Positions 46,252 through 55,295 of a DNA stretch of 64,000 bases are shown piece by piece (positions within the stretch are counted from its first letter, which is position 1; the number at the start of each line of letters is the position of its first letter). The DNA comes from an uncultured Clostridia bacterium (GTDB taxonomy: Bacteria; Bacillota; Clostridia; Christensenellales; UBA1242). A program made the translations under genes and the position numbers. The stretch lies in assembly GCA_934757865.1 (NCBI GenBank), contig CAKVLS010000001.1, positions 88,779 through 152,778 of the forward strand, in the 5' to 3' direction. Below the pieces are notes generated by a model. That model was not told the DNA's origin. It ran no database searches and was given only the letters and a program-made list of their open reading frames with translations.

Positions 46252-47082
46252 ATGGATACTTTTTTATATGTTTTTTTAGCTGTTACACTTATCGTTATGC
46301 TAGTTCATTGTTATATACAAAATGGCACATTAGAGGATGTAGGCTTTTTAGAATACTTGGTAGATGATGGAGGCTTTCTTGTTCTTTTGGGTTTAGTTAT
46401 ATTGGGCGCAATTATTTTTGGATTTATATTCTGGAATTGGTGGATTATGTTAATTATTTTTGTTCCTATCATCCTTGCTTTTATAGGTTTTGCAATTTGG
46501 TTTATAAAGAAAGTAAACAAGGAAGGAGCTATTGAAGAGGAAGAAGAGCATAGAAGGAAAAACTACACAGAGAATATTTTAACTAATTACAAATGTCAAA
46601 ATTGCGGTGCGTCTTTAACTAAAATCAAAACCGTTAAAAATGGTAAGAAAAGTGTAGTTTATAACTGCGAGCATTGCGGCGTCTCTTATGATCAAAATGT
46701 AATTAAGCTAGATGAAAAAACTGAAGGTGCAGGAAGCTCAAAAGAATTTGACTTGACTGATTTTGAGGAAGAATATTTTAATAGTTGTTATGTCCTTGGA
46801 ATTAAGCCATATAACGAAGTCTCAGAAACAACTTTGGAAAGAAAGAAGACTAAAAAAATCAATCAGTTATTAGATGAATATGATGCAGAGGACGAATATG
46901 ACTTGGAGGACGAATCGCCAGAATATGCAGAATTGATTGATAGTTATGACTATTTGTCTGAAATAGAAGAAGAACTAGAAACATATAAAGAAGAAAATGA
47001 TGTTGATGAGATAAAAGCAAAATATGATTACTATCTCAAAAATTATATAAAAAATGACTCTACAACAAAAAAGACCGATTAG
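46252..47082 (+). CDS. Membrane protein with a cytoplasmic zinc ribbon and an acidic tail (unknown function)
   Basis: 276 aa. There are 3-4 N-terminal TM helices, then CQNCGAS...CEHCG, then a D/E-rich C-terminus. It is divergent from the XRE gene. Confidence 0.7.
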   Translation: MDTFLYVFLAVTLIVMLVHCYIQNGTLEDVGFLEYLVDDGGFLVLLGLVILGAIIFGFIFWNWWIMLIIFVPIILAFIGFAIWFIKKVNKEGAIEEEEEHRRKNYTENILTNYKCQNCGASLTKIKTVKNGKKSVVYNCEHCGVSYDQNVIKLDEKTEGAGSSKEFDLTDFEEEYFNSCYVLGIKPYNEVSETTLERKKTKKINQLLDEYDAEDEYDLEDESPEYAELIDSYDYLSEIEEELETYKEENDVDEIKAKYDYYLKNYIKNDSTTKKTD

Positions 47083-47097
47083 TTCGGTCTTTTTTTA
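47071..47097. terminator. Terminator hairpin (copy 3 of 3), between convergent genes
   Basis: AAGACCGA-TTAGT-TCGGTCTT followed by a T-run. It overlaps the last codons (KKTD stop) of the upstream ORF. Confidence 0.6.
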
Positions 47098-47112
47098 TGA
47101 TTATAATTGATT

Positions 47113-47616
47113 TTATTTGTTTACATTGTGTGGGTGTTTATGCTCGGGTATATGCAGCATGGTAGATGGACTATAATGATGAGCTTTCTTTTGAGAAGAT
47201 TTGCAGATATACATTTTTTCGTCAAGCTCAGCTAGTACATCGATAATATTTTTGCAGTCAATGTCTCTTGCTATGGAGTAGGCGTATTCATTTTGATTTT
47301 TGCTCATATTTTCAAAAGCGTCTTCTTCGCCCTTATTGATGATACAATAAAATTCGTCACCGCCCCAGCGTATGACTTTAGAGTGCTTTTCTAATATTTT
47401 GCCTATCTCTATGATTTTCTTATCTCCGGCAGCATGACCTAGTGTGTCGTTGACAAGCTTTAGATAATTGATATCTACTATCGCTAGGCTGATTTTTTCT
47501 TCTGGGGGATTTTCAACAAAATTTTTCTCAAACCAGTTTCTGTTATAAAATCCAGTGCCTAGGTCATAATATGCAATTCTTAATAGTTCTTCATAATCTT
47601 TTCTTCGTATAAACAA
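47113..47616 (-). CDS. Stand-alone GGDEF-domain protein (putative diguanylate cyclase)
   Basis: 167 aa with YYDLGTGFYNRNWF, AIVDINYLKLVNDTLGHAAGDK and RWGGDEFYCII. TTG start with a GGTGGA RBS. No TM or sensor domain. Confidence 0.8.
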   Translation of the reverse strand: MFIRRKDYEELLRIAYYDLGTGFYNRNWFEKNFVENPPEEKISLAIVDINYLKLVNDTLGHAAGDKKIIEIGKILEKHSKVIRWGGDEFYCIINKGEEDAFENMSKNQNEYAYSIARDIDCKNIIDVLAELDEKMYICKSSQKKAHHYSPSTMLHIPEHKHPHNVNK

Positions 47617-47742
47617 TTTTCCACCTTAAATATTTATTTGACATTTTTTGTCAAAAAAAACAAATGCATAAGAATTATATCATACCAAAAATTAAAGTCA
47701 AATATTTTTTTAGATTGAGCTTTTCGAACTCCTCGCAATCTA

Positions 47743-47771
47743 TTGATATTTGTGAGAGTTTTTGGTATAAT
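47743..47771 (+). promoter_or_regulatory. Sigma-70-type promoter for rpiB
   Basis: TTGATA (47743-47748), 17 nt spacer, TATAAT (47766-47771). Confidence 0.5.
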
Positions 47772-47790
47772 AATATTATAGAGGTGCGAA

Positions 47791-48228
47791 ATGATTATTT
47801 TTGGAGCAGACCACGCAGGTTTTGAACTAAAAGAATACTTAAAAGACTATTTATATAAACAAGGTTATGAGATATACGACGCCGGCGCTTTTGAGATAGA
47901 CGGCGAAGATTCTTTTGCGGATATCACTCCAGAAGCAATCAAAGTTCTAAGACAAGACAAAAATAACAAAGCTGTAATTATTTGTGGCTCTGGGGTTGGC
48001 GTTTGTATCGCTAGCAACAGATTTAAGGGCGTTTATGCGGCTAATTGCCATAGCGTAAAAGAAGTCAAAAAAGCTCGTGAGCACAATGGTATCAATGTGC
48101 TTAACCTAGGCGGAAGAGTAATAAGTAAATGCAAAGCTAAGAGAATTTTGAATGCATTTCTTACAACAGACTCTCTAGGGGGTAAGTACGAAAAGCGTAT
48201 GAAAAAGTTAGACACATACGAGGACTAA
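47791..48228 (+). CDS. rpiB: Ribose-5-phosphate isomerase B (RpiB/LacA/LacB family)
   Basis: Motifs FGADHAGFELK, ICGSGVGVCIASNRFKGVYAA and NVLNLGGRVI; 145 aa. Confidence 0.88.
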   Translation: MIIFGADHAGFELKEYLKDYLYKQGYEIYDAGAFEIDGEDSFADITPEAIKVLRQDKNNKAVIICGSGVGVCIASNRFKGVYAANCHSVKEVKKAREHNGINVLNLGGRVISKCKAKRILNAFLTTDSLGGKYEKRMKKLDTYED

Positions 48229-48300
48229 TTTAGACTTTTTGCATCACGCAAAATATATGCTAAACTCATAAATTAAAGACATTGTTTCATATAAATAAGT

Positions 48301-49077
48301 ATGAAAAATGTCTTTTTTTTACGCAAAAATAACAAAAAATTGAAGCAAAATACTAGCAAAGTAAGAGCCCAAAATTGCTGCAAAAAGTCACATGCCTTTG
48401 GTATAACTTTTGCTATTATTATACTTGTTATTGCTGTCCTTTTGACCATATTTTTTAGTGTTGGAGGCGACACCTATGCAAGAAGTTATAAGGCTATTAG
48501 CGAGTACAGAGATTGCCTCTTTTATCTAAAAAGTGAGGACTTTGTAGCGACTTTTACGAGCGGAAAAAGAGAAAAAAATTTTTACTATGACGGAGTGCAT
48601 ACAAGGCTTGTTCCGTATGGCGTATTGGTCGTGAAGTATGGCTCAAATGTCGACATAAATGGTGTTAGGAATTTTGTTATTTTGATAGATTCCATGCAGT
48701 ATACAGGGCGTCTTGAGTATAACCCCATAGACGGGACTTTTGTCAATGATATCGGTGTAGAGATTAGCCAAAATAGTGACATTTATCTTAGAATTTGGGG
48801 TGGTGGGGTGTCCGATCAGGCACATATGTACTGTGTGTCAAAGGATTATATCGGCTACAAAAATGCTCTAAAAATAGCCTTAGATAGTATTTGTGAAGAT
48901 ATAGAAAAGTACGAGAATAAACGCAAGCTAAACGGCGAATTTTTTATTAAATTTGTCGGCACAGAGAGTTTAGAAAAGGTTTCTTACTATGTGCTTTTTG
49001 TGGGAGTTGATAAGACATCTATTATATGTTTAATTGATGCTTTCTCTGGAGCTGTCAAACTCACAAAAGTCCTATAA
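48301..49077 (+). CDS. Hypothetical membrane-anchored protein
   Basis: 258 aa with a basic N-terminus, one TM helix (ITFAIIILVIAVLLTIFF) and an extracytoplasmic domain. No clear RBS, so the start is uncertain. Confidence 0.55.
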   Translation: MKNVFFLRKNNKKLKQNTSKVRAQNCCKKSHAFGITFAIIILVIAVLLTIFFSVGGDTYARSYKAISEYRDCLFYLKSEDFVATFTSGKREKNFYYDGVHTRLVPYGVLVVKYGSNVDINGVRNFVILIDSMQYTGRLEYNPIDGTFVNDIGVEISQNSDIYLRIWGGGVSDQAHMYCVSKDYIGYKNALKIALDSICEDIEKYENKRKLNGEFFIKFVGTESLEKVSYYVLFVGVDKTSIICLIDAFSGAVKLTKVL

Positions 49078-49127
49078 CTAATTGCCAAATAACCTTATTT
49101 GTGCTACACTACAAAAAGGTGATAAAA

Positions 49128-49910
49128 ATGACAAAAACTATTCTAAAAACAGCTCTTATAACTTTTTTGAGCATAGTGCTAATTCTTGGCGCAACATTTG
49201 GCGGACTTGTGCTTTTTGCTCCTAAGTTTGTAGCCGAAAAGAGCGAAAATTTGGGACTTAACGACCTTGCTATTGCTATGTACGAAAGGGATTATAAAAA
49301 GAATACAAATGTCAAAACTCTATATACTCTTGTTGATAAGGGCGCAACATTTGGCTATGACAATGTAGTAGTTAAGTATGGAGCTAAACTTTTTGAGGAC
49401 GAAAAGTACTTTGACTATATAAGTGCTATAGATGAGGCAAACTATGACGAGAACGAAAAAGTGCTTGTCAACCTGAAACTTTCTAACGCAGACAATAGAC
49501 TTAAAACTAAGTATGTCAAAAGCTTAGCTAAGACCGATTTTGATGCAGCATTTGACTATGCACGCCTAGACCTAAAGGCTAGTGATATGACCAAAGAAAA
49601 TATCAACTTCATAATGGTAGGGCTAGTTAACAGCATTACGAATAATAATAGCTCTAAGTTTAACGAGAGCATAGACGGCGTAACTACAAGTAGCCTAATC
49701 AAGACCAAGTTTGACGAATTGCACACTGTATACGAGGGGTATAAAGCTAGCTCAAGTAATTACCAAAATGCCGTTCGTAGTAGTAGATGCATTGATATGA
49801 TACAATTTATGCTATATCTAGAAGACAAGACCGAATGTGGATATAATGAAACTGAACTAAAAGCAACATTGCAAACTCTATTTAGTGAGTACAAAACTTA
49901 CATAGCATAA
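49128..49910 (+). CDS. Hypothetical membrane-anchored protein
   Basis: Start placed at ATG 49128 (AAAGGTGA RBS); the track starts at 49101. One N-terminal TM helix (ALITFLSIVLILGATFGGLVLF) and a helical extracytoplasmic domain. Confidence 0.6.
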   Translation: MTKTILKTALITFLSIVLILGATFGGLVLFAPKFVAEKSENLGLNDLAIAMYERDYKKNTNVKTLYTLVDKGATFGYDNVVVKYGAKLFEDEKYFDYISAIDEANYDENEKVLVNLKLSNADNRLKTKYVKSLAKTDFDAAFDYARLDLKASDMTKENINFIMVGLVNSITNNNSSKFNESIDGVTTSSLIKTKFDELHTVYEGYKASSSNYQNAVRSSRCIDMIQFMLYLEDKTECGYNETELKATLQTLFSEYKTYIA

Positions 49911-49925
49911 AAGGAGGAAACATAT

Positions 49926-51014
49926 ATGGCGAAAACATATGGGACAGAAAAACAAAAAGAAAAAGCTATTTTAGTAGGCGTTTCTTTTAATAAGACTGTT
50001 ACAGATATAGAAGGAGCGCTAGCCGAACTAAAAGGCCTTGCAGATACAGCAGGACTAGAAACAGTAGGTTATGCCTTCCAAAATATCAAAGAAAATACAC
50101 CAGCCACCCTTATAGGAAAGGGAAAAGTAGAAGAGGTGGCTAGCCTTGTAGAAGAGTTAGGGGCTGATGTAGTTATAGTAGATACAGAGCTTACCGGTTC
50201 TCAAATTAACAACCTAATGCTAGCAACTGGCGCCAAAGTTATAGATAGGTCAATGTTAATACTAGATATCTTTGCCAGAAGAGCAACATCTAATGAGGGT
50301 AGACTTCAAGTTCAACTTGCTCAGCTAAAGTACACTTTACCTCGTATATCAGGTATCTCTGGTACAAGTGGTAGATTTGGCGGCGGAGTAGGTATGAGAG
50401 GCCCAGGTGAGACCAAACTAGAACTTGATAAGAGAGTTATTAAAGAAAATATATATAAACTAGAAAAGCAAATAGAAAGACTAAAAGAGCAGAGATACCT
50501 TCGTAAACAAAATAGAACTAAGAACTCTGTTAAGTCAGTAGCTATAGTAGGATATACCAACGCTGGCAAAAGTACTCTTATGAATCTAATAACCAAAGCG
50601 GGCATTTATGCAGATGATAAACTATTTGCAACACTTGATACAACAACACGCAGCCTATGGCTTGATAATGGCAAAGAAATACTTCTTACCGATACAGTAG
50701 GATTTATTGATAAGTTGCCTCATGCTTTTATTGATGCTTTTTCGGCAACACTAGAAGAGGCGGCGGATGCTGACCTTTTGCTACATGTAGTAGATATTAC
50801 TAACCCTGACTACAAGAGCCAAATGCAAGTAGTTGACGGCGTTCTTAAAAGTTTGGGTGCGGACAAAATCCCTCAAATACTTGTGTACAACAAGATTGAC
50901 AAAAACGAAAAGCCTTTTGAAATTCCAGAAGGGGTTATATGTATCTCAGCTAAGAAAAATCTTGGCATAGATAAATTAAAGAGTGAAATATCAAATGTAT
51001 TGTTTGGTAAATAA
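49926..51014 (+). CDS. hflX: GTPase HflX
   Basis: AAGGAGGA RBS. HflX N-domain (AILVGV..., LAQLKYTLPR), G1 GYTNAGKST, G3 DTVGF, G4 NKID. Confidence 0.9.
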   Translation: MAKTYGTEKQKEKAILVGVSFNKTVTDIEGALAELKGLADTAGLETVGYAFQNIKENTPATLIGKGKVEEVASLVEELGADVVIVDTELTGSQINNLMLATGAKVIDRSMLILDIFARRATSNEGRLQVQLAQLKYTLPRISGISGTSGRFGGGVGMRGPGETKLELDKRVIKENIYKLEKQIERLKEQRYLRKQNRTKNSVKSVAIVGYTNAGKSTLMNLITKAGIYADDKLFATLDTTTRSLWLDNGKEILLTDTVGFIDKLPHAFIDAFSATLEEAADADLLLHVVDITNPDYKSQMQVVDGVLKSLGADKIPQILVYNKIDKNEKPFEIPEGVICISAKKNLGIDKLKSEISNVLFGK

Positions 51015-51181
51015 TCCACTTCCAAAAAATACTAATAAAAAGTGTGCTAGTTTAGCACATTTTTTTTATAACCTTAATACAATGGTATATACAAAAGATA
51101 TTAAAGAAGTACAAAAGATAAAATGATACATAAAAAATACTTTTGCAAAAATTAAAAATATACTTATAAGGAGGAATAATT

Positions 51182-51367
51182 ATGCCAGGATTTTTTGGAA
51201 GAGGTGACTGCGGTTGCGGTAACATGGGTGGCGATAACTGCTGCTTTATAATCTTACTTCTACTTTTGTGTGGGGGTTGCGGCGGCATGACCAAAACTAT
51301 CGATATTTGCACTCTAATACTATTGCTTTTGATTTTGGGCGATGGTAACGGCAAAATCGGTTGCTAA
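51182..51367 (+). CDS. 61-aa Cys/Gly/Leu-rich hydrophobic peptide with an internal tandem repeat
   Basis: AAGGAGG RBS at 51168-51174, 7 nt before the ATG, and a strong terminator downstream. Sequence: MPGFFGRGDCGCGNMGGDNCCFIILLLLLCGGCGGMTKTIDICTLILLLLILGDGNGKIGC. Confidence 0.7.
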   Translation: MPGFFGRGDCGCGNMGGDNCCFIILLLLLCGGCGGMTKTIDICTLILLLLILGDGNGKIGC

Positions 51368-51400
51368 TTAACTAAATTCGCATATTTGTTTGATGTCTTT

Positions 51401-51434
51401 AGAGGTGGGTAAGATTTACCCACTTCTATTTTTT
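51401..51434 (+). terminator. Rho-independent terminator after the Cys-rich peptide gene
   Basis: 12-bp stem AGAGGTGGGTAA-GAT-TTACCCACTTCT followed by ATTTTTT. Confidence 0.75.
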
Positions 51435-51705
51435 ATCTAGATATTGGTAAGTTTTTATAGGATATTATTGGTTAGGATATTATTGGTACATATTTTTTGA
51501 CTATGGGGATAATTGTATATTTTTGGGCGAGAGTAAAAGGTTTGTCATTTTTAATGCCTATTATTTATATAAATATGATATTTATTTTGTTGACAAATAA
51601 ATGCATTTAGTATAAAATTACTTTGTTTATAGACTTATGATAAAGTAATGTACTTTTTTTTGTCGCATACTTTACCGTAATATTACATTTCTAAGGGGAG
51701 AAATT

Positions 51706-54700
51706 ATGAAAAAATTTACTAAAACACTTACTGCAAGTGTATTAGCCGTAGCTGCATCTACTAGCCTTTTTGCTATTCCTGCAGACCATGTATCATATGC
51801 TGATGAGACTCCAAGAACAATAGTCAAAGGCGATGTAATCACTGCAAAGAGCCTTCCTTCTGCTGGTAATGTAGGTAGACCAGTTTCTATTCCTAAGGCT
51901 GCTGGTTCAGCTCTAGGTGGCGGAGTTGGTACTCTTTCTACTATTGAGGCAGTAGTTACTAGACCAGATGGTAGAAAGCAAACTCTTGAAGATGCTACAA
52001 GCAATTGGTCATTTACTCCAAGTATGGCTGGTACTTACAAACTTCAATACAAAGGCACTTCAACAGCTGGCGTTACAACACTTTCAGAAGTATTTTATAT
52101 CAAAGTTACAGCAGATAGCTATGAGATGAAGATTGAGAGCAATGGAGATATCATTTTACCAGCTACTGTTGATACAAAAGCTTCTAGATACGAGAACAAC
52201 ACTGTTAAGAGTATAGTTTTACCTAACCCAACAGTATATGACAAAAATGGCTTTGCTATTTATGAAAATGGCGCTGTTAACACAGTATTCGCAAGATATG
52301 AGGCTCTTCCAGCATTGATTGCTGCAGCTGAGGGTGAGAAGAAAGCAGCTCTTGAGGCAGAACTTGCTAAGATAAAGGCTAATTTCCACGAGCACAACAT
52401 CACAGACGAAGAGATTACTCTATACAAAGGTTGCAAACTTGATATCGAAGTTACAACTGAGTCAAAAGTATACACTATCGGTGGCGAGAATGCTTTAACA
52501 CTTGCAGATGGCAACTATTCATTTGTTCCAGAGCAAGGTACTAACGTTATTCGTTATGTATTTAAGACTGCAGCTGGCACTAACTTACAAAGTATGACTA
52601 GAACTGTAGTTGGTAGCGATACTTATGACCATACTAAGATCAATCTTGGTTGGGAAGCTGCTAATAGACCAACAACAGCTAGCCTTAACGAGAGAGTATA
52701 TCTTCCACTTGCAAAAGCATATAACAAGGCTGATGCTAACTCTAGCGTAAACTCTAAGACTATCATGAAGGTAACTCAAAAGGTTGTTTCTGATGGCAAT
52801 ATCACAGAGACTGATGTTGAGATCAAAGAAGATGAAGACGGATTCTACTTTATTCCTAGCACAAAGGGTGCTAACTACACTATTAGTTACAATGTAGTAG
52901 ACTTCTATGGTAACAAAGGTACTGAGTATTCATACACTATCGAAAATGTAGTTGATGGCAAAGCTCCTAAACTATATATCGTAAGCGCATTTGATTATAC
53001 TACAACTGCAGATGCTATCATCAAGATGCAAAGTGCAGAGTATATGATCCCTACAACAGTATCAAGAGATGATAACGAGATTATCTTCCCAGCTATGTTC
53101 GGTCAAGATAGCGTTACAGAGTATGATAACTTGACTTTCTATCGTAGCATTACTTCTACAGTTCTTGATGGTTCTATCAACCTTCTTGACAATCAATATT
53201 TGAAAGCTATTAGTGGTGAAGAGGTTTCTAACATCACTAAACAAAACGAGAAAGCTGCTCACGAGGCAGTTCTAAACCTAAAAGCAATGAAAGAAGATGG
53301 TACATACAAGTATCCAGCTGGCGAGTATACAGTTACTTATACCGTAAGAGATGGTAACAGCTACAGCGCAAGCAGATCATTTACTTTCACTTTGAAAGAA
53401 AGTTTTGAAGATGCTGAAAAACCTACTATCACCTATGCTGATAACTTCCCAACTCTTGTTCAAAAGACTCAAGATGTAAAATTTGCTAAACCAACAGTTG
53501 TTGACTCAGTAGATAGCAGATTAAAGATCAACTATTATGTAACAGTTGGGGGACATGATGTTGAGATTTTTGAGAGCGAAGACGAAGAAGGATATATCGT
53601 ATTCAATATGTCTGACTATGTTGCAGCAGCTAATGACACAATCTACAATTTAGCTCTTGCACATGGCAACAAGATTACAGTTAAGACCGTAGCCGTTGAC
53701 TCTCATAACAATACAGCTACAGAGACAGTAGATATTACTGTTAGAAATGCAAATGACACAGACGCTGCTACTATAAAAGAGTCTGTTGGTTCTGACTTTG
53801 CATCAGGCACACTTCCAACAATCAGCAATACTTACAAACAAGGTTCTGTAGTATCAGTTGCTGGTGTAACTATTGAAGATAACGATGCTAACCTAACAAT
53901 CATAGCTACAGTAAGAGATGCTAGCGGTAACAAAGTTTACGGCGTACAAGCTCTAGGTGCTATTGAGAAAAAGACAGCTGGTGGCAAGACAACTTATGCT
54001 CATCCTGGTGTACAATTTACAGCTACTAAGGCAGAGAGCTACACAGTAACATACACAGCAGTAGATGCTGGCAACAATGTAGTAGCTTACACTGTAAAAC
54101 TTCCAACACTTACTGATAGTGAAAAACCAGTAATCACTGGCGTAACTAGTGGTAAAGTATACGAGATTGAACTTGGTCAAAAACTTGACCTAGGTAGAGT
54201 AACAGTAATCGATAACGTAGATACAAATCTTTCTGTTACATTAACATGTGATGCTCATCCAGAGTACATCAATGGTACAATCTTTGCTCCAACAGAAGTT
54301 GGTACTTATGTTGTTAAATACAACGCAAAAGATAGCGAAGGTAACGAAGCTGATACAGTATCAATCGAAGTAAAAGTTTCTGATACAACAGCTCCAACAC
54401 TAACTATCAATAACAAAGATGAGTATGGCACTACAATCAAATCTCAAACAACTGTAACTGACAACACTCAATTTACAGCTATTAAGCTTCCAACATTCTC
54501 AGCAGAAGATAACACTTATGACTTCGGTCTAGATGCTGGTGCTTTGAATATGTATGCTAAGGGCGAAATCAAAATTTCTGCTCCAGATGGCAATACTTAT
54601 ACAGTAGACCATACTAATAGCAAGTACAGAATCAACTACAGCGAAGTAGAAGATGTATATACATTTGTTCCTACTACAAAAGGTACTTACACAGTAACTT

Positions 54701-55254
54701 ACTCTGCAGTAGATGCTAGCGGTAACAAAGCTGAAAACTATGTAATCACAGTAATGGTAGGTGATACAGTTCTTCCTACAGTTGATTATAAAGGTACTTT
54801 AGCTGCTAACCTAAAAGTTGGCGATGTTCTAAAACTTGACGAAACTAAGATTTCTATCACAGATAACCTTCCAGCAGCTTCAGAAGATGGATTCACATTT
54901 AGCTCTATCACTATGGAAGATGCTAGCGGCAACTCAGTTGACTATGTAAAAGAAGGCACTGATGAGAAGATTAGAGCATATACATTCAAGACAGCTGGTA
55001 CTTACACTCTAACAATCACTGCAAAAGACGCAGCAGGTAACACTAACACTTATACTTATAAGATCAACGTTACAACTAATGCTTCTAAGACAAGTATCAA
55101 AGATAATGTAACTGGTATAGTTCTTATCGTTGTATCTCTACTTATCCTAGGCGGAGTTATCATTTACTTTGCAAAAGGCAAAAAGAAAGTTTCTCCAAAG
55201 AAAACTGTTAAAAAAGTAGAGAAAAAAGATAAGCCAGAAGAAAACAAAGACTAA
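51706..55254 (+). CDS. Giant surface protein with tandem Ig-like (HYR/DUF5011-like) modules and a C-terminal TM anchor
   Basis: 1182 aa with a GGGGAGA RBS. Signal peptide ends ...VSYA/DE. Module boundaries recur: GKAPKLYI, AEKPTITY, SEKPVITG, TTAPTLTI, TVLPTVDY. Repeated phrases include YTVTYTAVDAGNN, YTVTYSAVDASGN, YVVKYNAKDSEGN and YTLTITAKDAAGN. The C-terminus has a TM helix (GIVLIVVSLLILGGVIIYF) and a K-rich tail. There is no LPXTG. Confidence 0.85.
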   Translation: MKKFTKTLTASVLAVAASTSLFAIPADHVSYADETPRTIVKGDVITAKSLPSAGNVGRPVSIPKAAGSALGGGVGTLSTIEAVVTRPDGRKQTLEDATSNWSFTPSMAGTYKLQYKGTSTAGVTTLSEVFYIKVTADSYEMKIESNGDIILPATVDTKASRYENNTVKSIVLPNPTVYDKNGFAIYENGAVNTVFARYEALPALIAAAEGEKKAALEAELAKIKANFHEHNITDEEITLYKGCKLDIEVTTESKVYTIGGENALTLADGNYSFVPEQGTNVIRYVFKTAAGTNLQSMTRTVVGSDTYDHTKINLGWEAANRPTTASLNERVYLPLAKAYNKADANSSVNSKTIMKVTQKVVSDGNITETDVEIKEDEDGFYFIPSTKGANYTISYNVVDFYGNKGTEYSYTIENVVDGKAPKLYIVSAFDYTTTADAIIKMQSAEYMIPTTVSRDDNEIIFPAMFGQDSVTEYDNLTFYRSITSTVLDGSINLLDNQYLKAISGEEVSNITKQNEKAAHEAVLNLKAMKEDGTYKYPAGEYTVTYTVRDGNSYSASRSFTFTLKESFEDAEKPTITYADNFPTLVQKTQDVKFAKPTVVDSVDSRLKINYYVTVGGHDVEIFESEDEEGYIVFNMSDYVAAANDTIYNLALAHGNKITVKTVAVDSHNNTATETVDITVRNANDTDAATIKESVGSDFASGTLPTISNTYKQGSVVSVAGVTIEDNDANLTIIATVRDASGNKVYGVQALGAIEKKTAGGKTTYAHPGVQFTATKAESYTVTYTAVDAGNNVVAYTVKLPTLTDSEKPVITGVTSGKVYEIELGQKLDLGRVTVIDNVDTNLSVTLTCDAHPEYINGTIFAPTEVGTYVVKYNAKDSEGNEADTVSIEVKVSDTTAPTLTINNKDEYGTTIKSQTTVTDNTQFTAIKLPTFSAEDNTYDFGLDAGALNMYAKGEIKISAPDGNTYTVDHTNSKYRINYSEVEDVYTFVPTTKGTYTVTYSAVDASGNKAENYVITVMVGDTVLPTVDYKGTLAANLKVGDVLKLDETKISITDNLPAASEDGFTFSSITMEDASGNSVDYVKEGTDEKIRAYTFKTAGTYTLTITAKDAAGNTNTYTYKINVTTNASKTSIKDNVTGIVLIVVSLLILGGVIIYFAKGKKKVSPKKTVKKVEKKDKPEENKD

Positions 55255-55266
55255 TAAATAACAAAA

Positions 55267-55295
55267 AGACTTAGCAATTTCGCTAGGTCTTTTTT
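55267..55295 (+). terminator. Rho-independent terminator
   Basis: AGACTTAGC-AATTTC-GCTAGGTCT hairpin followed by 5 T. Confidence 0.65.

Noticed and set aside
47648-47664. Perfect palindrome TTGACA-TTTTT-TGTCAA between the GGDEF gene and rpiB, as an operator or a back-to-back -35 pair
   Set aside because: It is too close to the GGDEF start (RBS at ~47622) to serve as its promoter, and no matching -10 lies at the correct spacing in either direction. It may be a chance occurrence in AT-rich DNA.
51052-51354. 100-aa P/Q-rich minus-strand ORF overlapping the Cys-rich peptide gene
   Set aside because: It is the complement of Gly/Cys codons. It runs into the hflX terminator region and has no RBS, whereas the plus-strand 61-aa ORF has a perfect RBS and its own terminator.
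51672-52004. 110-aa minus-strand ORF over the 5' end of the 1182-aa surface protein gene
   Set aside because: It is antisense to a gene with a clear RBS and signal peptide, and it has no translation signals of its own.
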